DNA of 61,428 bases from Vermamoeba vermiformis (lineage: Eukaryota), in assembly GCA_045837725.1 (NCBI GenBank), contig JBEWZL010000207.1, forward strand, positions 1 to 61,428. The letters are read 5' to 3'. Position numbers and translations under genes: made by a program. This document shows positions 48,788 through 61,428 of the stretch, piece after piece. Below the pieces are notes generated by a model. That model was not told where the DNA came from. It saw nothing but the letters and a program-made list of their open reading frames with translations, and searched no databases. Every line of letters begins with the position of its first letter. The stretch's first letter is position 1.

Positions 48788-50803
48788 TTACATTACAATA
48801 CAGCAACCGACAGATGGTCCACCTTCTCCTTTGAGCGGTGTCGTTTCTAAAAATGAAAGTTAGAGAACCTAGATTACAATCAGTAAATACAAGTAGTCAC
48901 AAACCTCTTGCTCGAGCTTTAGAAGGAGACTTTGAATCAACCAGAATAACATGCTCTTGCGCACCGGCACTTTGTCCGCTACTCATATTTGTCGCAGGAA
49001 CAGGTTTGTTCTCGGGTTCTGGCACGGGCTCGGGCTTGACCTCAGGAGGAGGGACCACTTCAGGCGCTGTTGGTGCAGGACTAATGCGTACAAAAACATT
49101 AGGGTCTAGGTCCTCCGGTCGTTGGCTAGCAGGAGACTGCGGGTTAGAGCGTGGAACAGCCGACTCCCATGCGGACTTGTTGACATTGCTGTTACTCGTG
49201 TTATTCGCTGCGTGATCGCCATTGCCGTTGGTCGCTGACTGCTCGGGACTGGCTTCCGTGTTTTGCTGTTGAGACTCGTTTGGCTCTTCTGCCTTCTTTG
49301 TTTTCGTTATTAATTTTAACTGTGACTTGACAGTTTTGAAAGACATCTGTACTATTGTTAATTAACCGTCACTTATTATGCATCATACATTGTTCTTACC
49401 TTGGCACTAGCACAATTTTTGACCCAAATGTGGTCCATAAGCTCCTCGGCTGAGGCACGTTTTGTCGGATCTTTAACGAAGCATCGTTGCAAAAAGTCGA
49501 CAAGATCTGACGGTAAGTGTTCAGGCAATGGAGGCATATCATCCTAATATACTTAGTACTAGGCTCTTACAATAAATATCGCTACGTACTTTGACCATCA
49601 AGAATATTGCGTGCATTTGATCGTGTTCCCAATATGGCGGATGACCCGTTAATAATTCAATCACTGTACAACCCAAACTCCTATTTAAAACATCTATTAG
49701 CATATAATACTATAATGTGTCATCATTGGTATATGCAAAACAATTTGCCACAATAATTACCAGATGTCAGATGCGCTCGTTGTTCCTGCAGCTTGAACGA
49801 CTTCAGGGGCCACTATATTAATAAATCGTTAATATTCATGCGTATAACTACTCTCGCACAAGCAAAACATACTCCAATAAGGCGTGCCAACAATCGAGTA
49901 CCGTTTTTCAGTTTCGTCTTTCAACTTGGCTGCGGCACCAAAATCGGCCAATTTGACTTCTCCTTCTTTGGTAATCAACAAATTTGCAGCTTTAATATCA
50001 CGATGAACAATTCCTTTCTTGTGCAAGTAGTCTAAACCTTGCAGCACTTGCGCGACGAACTCTCCAACCAAAAGCGGTGGAAAAGACGTATATTGCTTCA
50101 TTAAATTCAATAACGATCCACTATCTACATATCTAATAAAAAATATTATATATAAGCCTTATAATTAGTTTTTGAACGTACTCTAAAATCAAATAAATAT
50201 TGGCTTTGTCTTCAACAAATCCTTTAACGGCCACAATATTCGGATGCTGTAATCCCGATAATAAATCTAACTCGGTCTAAATATAGAACACTGTTAATAT
50301 TAAATTCGACTATGTAAATTCAAACGTACCGTTACAGCTTTCAATTGATCTGCTGACATTTCACCTTTGCGAAATTTTTTAATTGCAATTAATTCGCGTG
50401 TATCGATATTCAAGCCTTTATGAACAGTTGCTGCGCCTCCTTTGCCAATTACATCACCAATTACCTAACGTTTAAAAACGATTCAATAATATTGCAACAA
50501 AATATTCAATAGAAGAATTTAAACTGCTGAATACTGCAGCATATATAATATTAATAACGTTTTTATGCTTAATTAGGGACTTACGTATTTTTTGCCTAAT
50601 TTTTTGTATTTTTTCTTTTTGGGTTCGCCGTATTCTGCGCCAACTTTGATGGAACTGTTGGGCGATAGTATTTTAGGAGATCCTCCATCACTAGACACTT
50701 CGCCATTATTATCTTGCTCGTTGTCTGAGCCTTCTAGCTGAGGATCTGAAATTTCTAGCAGCGATCCGTCGGTTATTGTTGAACTTGTTGTACTTTCACT
50801 CAT
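48788..50803 (-). CDS. STE-group Ser/Thr kinase (Cdc7/Cdc15/SepA-like catalytic domain) with C-terminal CaaX
   Basis: [38 protein letters not shown]-type, [18 protein letters not shown]; last exon ends GCCIVM-stop. Confidence 0.88.
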
Positions 50804-51330
50804 TTTGCACAATCATATATCTGATAGTAAATATTAAAGTATATTAGCAATGCTAAGGCTACTAAATGAAGTATAAGACCAGTTACAGATTTGCAACGGA
50901 CAACCCAAGGTTGAAAAATATTTAATACACTACTAATATTTAATATGCCGATATTAAAATGTTGCTACAAGCTTACCAATATTTACAAATATTTTGAAAT
51001 TGAAATCCTGGATGTTGAAACACTGAAGGACGACCGTGTTAGCGTACTAGCTAATATTCGCTGAAAATATTAACAATATCGATTGCGAGATCAATATTTA
51101 CACGTGTGTTACGTTGTTTGAAACACAGAAAAGATACGATTTGTTTTAAACTTTTAGTCAAGTTATTTTTGCGAGCTGTTGAACACGAGCACCTGTGCTT
51201 GATGTTAAATATTTTTGGCCTGTTAAATAAACAACGAGCAACCATCTTACAGTGCACGAGCCTTTTCGCTAAGAACAGATCAGCAACCCAACAATCCAGT
51301 TTGAACGTCAGAACGAATTTCTACACCATC

Positions 51331-52310
51331 ATGAGCAGTAAAAAAGGAAAATCAGTAATAAATAACAAAAGTAATCCCAAGGGCGCGAAGAAGGGCAAAA
51401 CAGAAAATGAAAAAAAGCTTCTTGATCCTACACCGAAGAGAGCGCGTGCAACAAAAGCAAAAGTTGAGACTAAAATTGAAGAGTAAGACTATTTGCTACT
51501 TTATAGCAAAAACCTTGGTAGATCCGCGGTCAAATCTGACGCAAAAACACGATGTCATTTAGAATAACCACTTTTTGTAGGGAAAATGAATCCGATACGC
51601 AAGAAATAATGAATAAAGCCACCAGTATCAACTCGATAAATTCCTCGAAAAAGCGCAAGCGATCCAGCAACGAAGACGACGGCGAGTTCACCCCAACGAA
51701 AAAGCAGAAGACAAATAAGAACAGTTCCAATGCTACTGATGTACCCACTCCTATTTTCTTCGACACCCCAGCGGATCTGCGAGTCTGGTTTGAAGAAAAC
51801 GCGTCGACCGCGACGGAACTCATCTTGGGCATGCGCAAGCGTGCTTCGGGCTTGCCTAGTGTTAATTGGCACCAAGCAGTCGGTGAAGCACTGTGTTTTG
51901 GATGGATTGACGGCAAAGCCAATGGCATTGATGAATTCACGTACCGACAACGATTCACGCCACGAAGACAAGGCTCAATATGGAGTGCAGTCAACATATC
52001 CCGTGTTGAAACACTAATAGCGGAGGGTAAAATGACACCATCCGGTCTCGCCGCGTTTGAAAAGCGAACAGAGGCTCGTTCGAAGATCTATTCTCACGAG
52101 CAAACGGGCCCAATCACATTTACACCAGAGCAAGAGGCAACGTTCCGCGAAGAAAAAGACGCGTGGGAGTTCTTCCAGAAGCAACCGCCTGGCTACAAGC
52201 GAAGAACTATTTGGCACGTGATCAGCGCGAAGCGAGCGGAGACGCAGCAGTCACGACTGAGCAAGCTCATCGAGGCCTCAGTGCAATTGAAGCGATTGAA
52301 CATGTTTTGA
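51331..52310 (+). CDS. YdeI/OmpD-associated family protein with a Lys-rich N-terminal extension
   Basis: FFDTPADLRVWFEEN, EALCFGWIDG, RFTPRRQGSIWSAVN, GKMTPSGLAAFE, AKRAETQQSRL; one intron 51483-51580. Confidence 0.88.
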
Positions 52311-52521
52311 AGTTATCGTTGCAACGTTATAGCTAACCTCCGCGTGATCCAACAGCTTCCGACCGCACCAGGTCGTCGCAGCGACTCTGGTTTTCTTCGA
52401 GATCCATTAGAAATTTAACCGAAATCCGACAGAAAAATGGAATAAACAAGGTTTTTCTTTCCTCGCTAGTCCCAGTTGTATTAGCTAAGTGTGAACAAGC
52501 GAGGCAACAAGCAAATTCAGA

Positions 52522-55322
52522 ATGGAGAAGGTAAGTGGTCAAGTGACCGTTTCACGTGGCTCTTACGTCACCACTACTGGTGACTAGCGTCTTATTCAAT
52601 TTAATTTCTCTTCGTATTCTTTTGTGGTTAATTAAGCAGTTAATTTTTGTCCTTGCTTAAGTTTTTTCTTCGTTGTCTTTGACTCGCGGATGGTGAAGGA
52701 AAATTTTCATTAACTAAATTAGATAAATTATTTAAGGCCTACCATTGCTTGTGCACGATATAAATAACATTGAACAGCTTAATAAAATCGTAATTCTTAT
52801 TTTAGAACGTTTTATTGATATCGATCCAATTCTAATCTGCGGTTTTGGCAGGCCAACGAATACAAGGACAAGGGCAACGAGTTTTTCCGCAACAATAACT
52901 TCGAGGAAGCTGCAAAATGGTTCAGTGAAGCTATTCAGCTTGATCCCAACAACCAAGTCTTGTACAGCAACAGATCAGCTTGCTACGTCAAGATGAACAA
53001 GTTGACCGAGGCTCTCGAAGACGCCAACAAAACTATTTCATTGAAGCCCGATTGGTCAAGAGTAAGTCATTTCTGAGTCAAATCCAGACGTGCGTCGATC
53101 TGATCAGGCTTGCGTTGCGTAGGGTTACTCGCGTAAAGCCGCCGCTCTTCACGCTATGCAGAACTGGCCTGAGGCTCGCGAGGCTTATATGAAGGGTCTT
53201 GAACTCGAACCTAACAACGAACAATTGAAGAAAGGTCTTACTGAAGTCATGCAAATGATGCAAGGTGGAGGTAAGATCCGGATCTGCTCGTCATGTATTG
53301 TACTGTACACGTCTAATACGCGCACGCTATAGACGAGCTCATGAACATGGCACGCAGAATGATGGATATTTTCAAGGGCGACGTTGTTGCTAAGGCCAGA
53401 AGCATCCCTGAAGTCGCTCCTCACCTCAACGAAGCCGACTTTATCGAGCGTCTGCACCAAATCCAAGCCAACCCCAACTTATTGTCAAAGTAAGTGTTGG
53501 TATTAAGGTATTATGGACTCGCGCAAGTGACTGACAACGTGCGTGCCAACAGGTATTTGCAAGAGGACGAGCGAATCAAGAAATTCGTTATTTTCTCTAT
53601 GGACAGCCTCCAGGACTTGTTTGGAGGTAACCCTGGCTCGGTAAGTAGCGTTCTCTATTAAGCAAACTACTCCCATAATTGAGTTTCGGCGGATGTAGCT
53701 GATCGGTTATTTGCCTTCTAGGGACCTATGGACGCTGAACCTACTACGCCTGCACCTCAACCTGCAGCGCAAGCACCTAAAGCGGAACCACCTAAACCCG
53801 CTGAAAAGAAGGCTGACGAAGTAAGTACTAGGACGCGAGCCGGATTCGCGATCTAACGGTTATGTTATTGCTAAAATGATGGCAAATATTTCTTCACTTT
53901 GAGTTGATTCCACGGTAACCGTGGAAATTGAAACCAACTTCCTAAAACTGAAGCAATAACATAACTATTTTTTTTGTTTAATTTCCCCCCGTGCACATCT
54001 AACCCGATCTGACGTTTGTTTTTACAGTCTGAACTCACTCCCGAACAAAAGCAAGCCGTCGAATTGAAAGAGAAGGGCAACGACGCTTACAAACACAAAC
54101 GATTCGATGAGGCCTTGAACTTCTATTCACAGGCCATCGAGCTCGATCCCAAGAACATGTTGCTCTACACTAACAAAGCTGGTACGTACAAGCACTTCTT
54201 TAAAACAATCGACTCGCAAGTGGGTCTAATACAGTCTTTCTTAGCTGTTTACTTTGAAATGGCTAAATACGACGAGTGCGTTGCTGAGTGCCAAAAGTCA
54301 ATCGAAATTGCCGAGGAAATGCGCAGTGTGCCGTTCAAGAACATCGCTCGTGCTTATGCTCGCATGGGTAATGCTTACTTGAAGCAAGAGAAGTTTGTTG
54401 AAGCTATCAAGGCCCTTGACAAGTCATTGCTCAACGACCGTACACCTGCTACTTTGGAGCTGAAAAACAAGGCTGAGAAGTTAAAGGAAGAAAAAGAAAA
54501 GCGCGAATATATTAACCCCGAGCTTTCACTTAAGGCTAAGGAAGAGGGTAACGATTACTTCAAGTAAGTAACCGAGAAAAAGTTGTCATGATCCGGTACC
54601 TTGATCTGATCCGCGATTTTTCTGCAGGAAACAAATGTACCCCGAAGCAGTTAAATCATACACAGAGGCTATCAAGCGCAACCCTTCTGATCCTGTCAAC
54701 TACAGCAACAGAGCTGCTTCATATACCAAGTTGATGGCTTACAAAGAGGCTATTCGTGACTGCGACGATGCCATCAAGTTGGATCCTAACTTCGTCAAGG
54801 CTTACATTCGTAAAGGCCACGTGCACTCGCTCATGAAGGAGTACGCTAAGTGCTTGGAGGTCTACGAGGCTGGTTTGAAGGTTGCCCCTGACAACACCGA
54901 ACTGAAGGCTGGCATTGAACGCACATTGATGGTACGGGACTGAGATAGTTTGGTTTCAATACGATACTAACATTTTCGTGTAGACTATTAACAGCCAAGC
55001 TCAATCTGGTCAAAGCGATGAAGAAACTTTACAGAAGGCTATGGCTGATCCGGAGATCCGCGTAAGTACTTTGAACAGTGATGACATGTTTACAGAGGAC
55101 TAACAGTTGTTATCCTTAGCAAATCTTAACGGACCCTGCTATGCAAAAGATTCTCCAAGACATGCAAACTGATCCTCGTGCCGTTCAAGAGTAAGTACCT
55201 CGATCTGTTGCATTAGTGTCGCCTCTTAATAACGTGCTTTGTCCTTTAGTCACATGTCCAATCCTGTCGTCAAGGCCAAGATCAACAAGTTGATTGCAGC
55301 TGGTGTTATTGGTGTTAAATAA
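52522..55322 (+). CDS. STI1: Hsp70-Hsp90 organising protein (STI1/HOP)
   Basis: Three TPR clusters ([34 protein letters not shown]) and DP domains ending [14 protein letters not shown]. Confidence 0.95.
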
Positions 55323-56289
55323 GTTTACTGTTAGGTGTTATTTTTCATCTTCTAGTTGACCCAGTTTAGACAATAAAGCTAAAAAAGTCAACTAAAAGAG
55401 TTGTGATTGGTGTTAGGGCCGATGAGACTGTGATGTGCGCCCATATCCCAATTGGAGATAGGTGATTCGGTGCTAGTCCCGTTCGAGAATTTGGGACAGG
55501 GCAGGCGCGCGCCTGTAGGGTGAATTGAAACGCTCTGATTCGTCGGTTTTGAAATTAAAGAAACTTCGTTTGTAGTGCACTATTAATTCATCTTGCTCGT
55601 GAAACTCACTATGTTGAATATTTACTTTGAGTAGCCGGTAGGGGTTTTTCGGCTAAGTGAGTAGGATTTTCGGAGTTGGTGAATCCACGTTGATCTGCGA
55701 ATGTAGTTGAGTGTAGTCATGGATCTCGCAAATTCTACCAGAAATACCATACCAAAACACAAACTTTCCGTAGCGGCCCTATGGCGCTCTTTGGCGCTGT
55801 GCAGATCCACGCGGATCGGATCTTGAGGGTCGCTTTTTCGCGGTTGAAACGCAGGCTGATGCATTTGGTGGCGAAATCTCGTTCAAGCTTATTGTTCGAC
55901 CACATGCAGGCAATTGCATCATCTGTAACAACGCTGCTATTGTTTCATCCAGATCGAAGCTCAAATCGTTCGAAAGCGCTGTTTAATGCTGCCGTTTACG
56001 GGAGGCAGTAGAATAAACATTAGAATACACAGTGCACGGCAATGTAACACCACGCGCGAAAAGAGTTCGCGCTAGGCGACATATCGCCTGAAATCTCGCG
56101 AGATAAAAACACTTTGTATCGTTATTTATTGTACGCTTTTACTCTTATCAATAAACACAACTTACCGTTATTATTCTGACGGTTATTCTACAGGCAAGAA
56201 GCTTCGATTTGCCACTGGCGACCGATGCACTTCCATTTTTGGATCCAAGACTAATACGCCATTGGTCAGCATTATTTTAAGAGCGACCA

Positions 56290-58320
56290 ATTGAATCAAT
56301 AGGCACCTCCTTCGGGCAGGCGACAAAATGGCAGAAAATCTTACGAACGGCTGCAGCAAAAGCGGCTGCTAGTTTATTCAAGTTTGACATTTGCGGTACA
56401 ACAACAGCGGTCCTTGCCAAATGGTACGTAAACAATTTAGATCGACATCTTGATCCATTAATAACATATTTTAACGGATTTGTGGATCTAGGAGTATATT
56501 TCTTGGGGATTCGATACTCTACCTAAAGAAATTAAGCAATTAATATTTTCATTCACGGATTTGGACTTGCTAACCGTTTTAAGGTAGTTATTACAGCAAT
56601 AATTACCTCATAATATTTGGTAATTTATGATACAATTTAGAGCGCAATCCGTGAGCACAGAGTTCAAAAAATTATGTTGGGCTTGGCTGCGTACTTTCGA
56701 CGCTGTTATCCCCAATCAGAAGCAACGAACCCGCGTTATAGAAAAATTTATCGACCAAGCTACTCCAAGCTTAATAGAACGGATTCTTTTCTCACGTAAG
56801 TGCGAAGATGCGGATCTGTCAATACGGAAAAACAGAATTAATTTGAGCAATTTTCATAGAGTGGGAGAATCCTGTCGCATCAGCAGTAGCTATGATAGAA
56901 AAATACCCTAATTTGGAGCGAATAAACTTCAACTACCTATTGGAAAGCGAGGGCTACAACGACATCCGGTACAACCTGGTCAAACTCAAACAACATCACA
57001 AACTGAACGAAATTGGATTTGGAGGGGGCTATTGGAGCCGCGAACAGTTCGGGTTTACGCAGCTGACTAATGAATGGGCGAGTCTGGCAAAAATTACACT
57101 TGACAAGGCGTACCATCGCGGCGGGACTATTGGCGCTAAAATGGTCGTGATTGGTGCAACAGATGGCACTTTGACATTTTTGACGCTTGAAGAACATTTC
57201 AGGGAAAGCACTCTTCAAATTCACTCGGTTAATAACACTCACAAAGGCTGCATCAATGCAATATGGTGCGAACCGCCAATATCTTATTCTGAAAAAACCT
57301 ATACTTGCATTGCATCAAGTGTACGTAGCAAGATCCGTTAGTTTTGATCTCGATCCAGGCCTGAATTGTATACACATTCTAACCCCTACACTAGGATGGA
57401 ATAGTCACTTGTTGGTCATGTGTGAATGAAGAGCCAGTGTTAAACCACACATTGTCATTTCCAGAGTCAATTTTGTTTGTCAGCGAGTACGCGAGCAAGT
57501 ATATTTTGGCAGCTGGCGAACGAACACTTTACGTCACTGATATTGATTCGGGCAATATAATGCAGCAGATCGAGGTCGACGATGATATTACAGGTACGAA
57601 GGTATTCGCAGCGTGCAAGTTTGCGTTTGACACTTGTCACAACACGTAACATCAAATTTTTTTTCGAACTCATTTTTGTCTTAGGATTATTCAGCCTCGA
57701 TCAAAAATCTGCTTTATCGACAACAAATGGGCTTTATACTCTCGAACAAGAGCAATTAGGCAAGGACCGCCTTCAAAAGGTTGCAGATGCACCGTATCCA
57801 AATATTTGGCTCAGTCCAGATGTATCGTGAGTATCCTATTAACAAGTTAATACCTTAATATCATATCAATATTCTATTTTTAGATTGAGAGTGACCGTTA
57901 AGCCAACTGAAATTGAGGTGTACTCACACGAGCCTAATTCACCCGCAGTGCGGTATAACATTAGGACCGTAGCTAATGGCGAAGGCGATATTAAGTTCGA
58001 TACGAGACCTCATTTATCGAGATTTAATCCAGTGAGATACTGGCTGACAACGTCGACTGGATCTCGGTTGATCACCTACGTAAGTCTCAGTCAAAATACA
58101 AATATGAGGGCATTGATACTCATCGTTACATTAGGATTTGGCCAGTCATTGTTGCTTCGCGCAGTTGTCTCCGGAGTCTACTGAGACGGGTTCAGAACTT
58201 CCACCGCAATGCAATTCGTTTTGGTACTCGTCTTGCGGCAATATTTTGTTTGGTCTATTCTCAGACAATACTTTGCATTGGTGGTTCCTTTATTTGAATC
58301 ACCGTTCCACAGAGTAAGAT
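56290..58320 (+). CDS. Hypothetical multi-exon protein, possibly with WD40-like segments; boundaries uncertain
   Basis: Series of plus-strand exons flanked by GT-AG introns; VVIGATDGTLTFL..HKGCINAIW resembles a WD repeat. Confidence 0.4.
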
Positions 58321-58664
58321 AAAATGAATAAAATTTAACTTATTCTTTAAAGACCTTTTTTTGGCCAATTCATTACAACGTTATTATTACAATAGCAACA
58401 CAGCTGTACTATTTGTATGTCTAATTGAACCTCAACGCGCTAAAAATAACTCTCAGCGGTAAGTTACTTGGCTGCATTTTCGATCAGCACCAAAGAAGAC
58501 TTAAATTTTATTATATAATTGTCCAAAATATTTTAAATAATTAATACTATTTTTTTTACTATCCATCCCATGTTTTCAGGCAATATTTTGAATTGAATTA
58601 AATTTTAATTTTATTTTCTAGCCTTTATTTTAAATTTACGGTGGATCTAACTTATTATAGAATT

Positions 58665-59819
58665 ATGTCAGAATATGTAAGTGTATGCATCGATTTTGGC
58701 TCTCACAAAGTCAAATCCGGGTCAATTGGCGATTCAGACCCGCGTTCAGTTATTCGATCCCTAATAGGCTCACCACTGCACAGAGTTGGTATGTGGGGCT
58801 CAGGCACCAGAGATAATTATGTTGGCGATGAAGCACAAGAACATCGGTCAATTTTGTCGTTGCGACATCCGATCCACCGAGGTCAAATTGTGGATTGGGA
58901 CGATTTTGAACGATTATTTGCGCACGTGTTAAACAACGAACTTCGAGAGCCTGCTCCAAATGCTATATTATTAGCCGAGCCTAGTTTCAATTCACGCCAG
59001 CAACGCGAAAAAATGACGATGTACATGTTCGAGAATTTTAACACCGATAACGGCTACTTAGCGCCTAGTCCAATCTTGAATTTATATGCATCTGGTCGTA
59101 CGACAGGAACAGTGATCGAAGTAGGCGATGGATTGACGCAAGTAGCATCTATAATGGAAGGTTATCTGATCCAAAGTGGATGTGCGCGGTTGAATACTTT
59201 GGCGGGAAGTGACTTGGACGAGTACTTGTTGCGATTATTGGCACTGTATAGTGATATTCATATGGACAATACTATACTCAATAGAGACATTGTACGAGAG
59301 ATCAAAGAGAAGATGTGTTACTTGGCCACATCCAGCGATAACTTCCACGAACTGAATAAGGAAGCCACGCAGCGTTCAGTGCATCAAGAATATGAAATGA
59401 GCGATGGAAAGAAGATTAAAATAGCTAACGAGATGTGGCAGTGTCCCGAGGCCTTGTTCAACCCCAAAAAGTACCTCGAAAGAGATATTCCTGGAATTCA
59501 CCAGCTCCTCGTAGATTGCATTCAGAACTGCGCAACTGATACTAGGAAACATTTATATAGCAATATCATCGTTAGTGGTGGCACGACATTTTTACCCAAC
59601 TTTGCAACACGATTCAAAAAGGAGGTCGAAGCGTTAGTGCCGCACAATTCGTCGGTCAAAATTGTCGCGTCTGAAGACCGCAAATTTTCCACGTGGATTG
59701 GCTGTTCTATTTTAGGATCGATGGGGCACAGTGACTTCTATTTGACGAAAGCTATGTACGAAGAAAATGGACCTTACGCAATGCACGCACGTCTTTGTCA
59801 AATGGTTAAATATGAATGA
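58665..59819 (+). CDS. Divergent actin-family protein, intronless CDS
   Basis: CIDFGSHKVKSG, YVGDEAQ, HPIHRGQIVDWDD, LYASGRTTGTVIEVGDG, CPEALFNP, NIIVSGGTT, WIGCSIL. Confidence 0.92.
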   Translation: MSEYVSVCIDFGSHKVKSGSIGDSDPRSVIRSLIGSPLHRVGMWGSGTRDNYVGDEAQEHRSILSLRHPIHRGQIVDWDDFERLFAHVLNNELREPAPNAILLAEPSFNSRQQREKMTMYMFENFNTDNGYLAPSPILNLYASGRTTGTVIEVGDGLTQVASIMEGYLIQSGCARLNTLAGSDLDEYLLRLLALYSDIHMDNTILNRDIVREIKEKMCYLATSSDNFHELNKEATQRSVHQEYEMSDGKKIKIANEMWQCPEALFNPKKYLERDIPGIHQLLVDCIQNCATDTRKHLYSNIIVSGGTTFLPNFATRFKKEVEALVPHNSSVKIVASEDRKFSTWIGCSILGSMGHSDFYLTKAMYEENGPYAMHARLCQMVKYE

Positions 59820-59999
59820 AGCTCTTGTTTCATATGTATTTTGTATGTATAATAAATATAATTATGTTAATTAAGTGTAGTTTCAATGTTCGATCGAACT
59901 TTACAAAGCAACATCCGTGTTGTAATTGTTAGTAATTCTAGAATAGGCGAACATGTAATATTCTGGAACTTACGAGATGATTTTTAAACGTATTTCTAG

Positions 60000-61428
60000 A
60001 TGCTTCCAATTCGAATTGTAATTTGTTCCGAAATTATTCTTGTTTGCCAGGTTCACAAGTGCCAAAAATTAAACACGGAATTGAATTACAAAATCTACTA
60101 CGAGCATTTAGACGCATACCATAAAGCACAGTTAATTGTTACAATGCAGAACGAGCACGAGTGGATTCCGATCGTTGCTGACACTTTTTCGACACCTAAC
60201 TACCGCCCTTACCAAAGCGAAGCGTTTGAGCATTATTTCACCGTTACTTATGAGAATGACAGACCAATCAAGCTTCTTCGGATCGACATCCAGGATAGAT
60301 TTTATTTAAAAGAATTTTCATTAATTTACTTGGATACTGGGGAGACCATTGAAGGTATAACGGATCATGTTATAATTAATGGATATTATTTTAAAGTTTA
60401 ACCTTCGTAGGAACCGAGATTGGCGATAAATTTCTTTTTCGATTTGTTTGGGCAGCGAAGAAAGGAAACTACAAGATAGCATCACAAGGAGGCAAATACA
60501 GATGTATGTGACTACCTTATTTTAGTATTATATAATGACATTGATACACAGATTCTATTTTCATGCTCGAATCCACGACGAAGTTGACGCGTGAGCCTAT
60601 TTGTCAAGCCCGAAGTCCGTTTGATATGCTCGTCAGTTGGCCTACCAAAGACAAGTCGCTATATAAGCTTGTATCATATAGAAAAGTTGGTGCAACAGAT
60701 TGGGAGTAAGCATTTTAAACCGCGGTACCGATCCATAATTCTAATTATTTTGGTTTAATGTAGAATGGCCAACCAGTCTTTAGGGTAAGAAAATAACTAA
60801 GAGTAATACTATTATTCACTAAATTTCATAATGAATATACCACAGGAAAGTCCATATTGAAGTGGATCCGACATCCGCATACGAAATCAAAACGAAGCTC
60901 GTTGTGGCTGATATGTTTGAAACTGAATACTCTCCGACTATAGAAACATCAGCTCATCAAGATTATTATAACTTAGATGATTGCAAACCGGATCTGGACT
61001 TTTTACAAACGACTCTACTATTCGAGCTCAGATCAAGAATACGGCTTAGTCAGTACGTATAATATCATTATAATTTCAACAATTCTTCATTATATAACAC
61101 AATTTTAGCGTTGCTATCATATTGAGATACAAGCCGGCAACGGCCGAAAACTGGATCTACGATGCAAAAGATCCTCCACAAAAAGACGGAAAATGGAGAC
61201 AACCACAGCGTATCATTTGGGACATTGGACGCAACTTATACGATCTTTTATCGGTGGATAATGGTCTGACTATTGACTGGCAGCTGATATTCAGAAACAC
61301 TAAGACGGGTCAAGAAGCCGGATCTACCGTGAAAACATTAGAGCTGCAAAAACGACACAAAATTCAACGAGGAGAATATTTGCAGAAGAATTTGGCTGTT
61401 TTCTGCGATTCAATTTGGAAAAAGCTGT
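60000..61428 (+). CDS. Hypothetical multi-exon protein, 3' end outside the window
   Basis: Several open plus-strand exons separated by GT-AG introns; no recognisable motif; start uncertain. Confidence 0.4.

Overview
Eukaryotic nuclear DNA from an intron-rich protist (many ~45-70 nt GT-AG introns with CTRAY-like branch points; an amoebozoan-like gene repertoire is an inference only). About 10.6-61.4 kb is gene-dense host sequence: F-box pseudokinase, IPT/Kelch surface protein, two MscS channels, S9 peptidase, RPC8, a giant Cys-rich 7TM protein, Kelch-EGF protein, fRMsr, P450, VIT1, a phosphatase, START protein, beta-helix protein, STE-type kinase, YdeI-like protein, STI1 and a divergent actin. 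The first 10.55 kb is a mobile-element island. It holds (i) the N-terminus of an IS630/Tc1-like transposase, head-to-head with an AT-hook/SAM-like gene; (ii) an apparently spliced but non-coding minus-strand unit; (iii) a ~47-bp-period hairpin array whose two unit types differ by compensatory stem changes; (iv) 20-bp and 37-bp tandem arrays showing CpG decay; (v) an intact, spliced Kolobok/Mutator-like DDE transposase with short TIRs and a C-terminal CXC domain; and (vi) directly upstream in the same orientation, an intact, spliced, free-standing I-PpoI-like His-Cys box endonuclease preceded by a hairpin. The transposase + endonuclease (+ hairpin array) module is the best candidate for an undescribed system. 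Exon boundaries were derived by hand and family calls come from motif recognition, not database searches.
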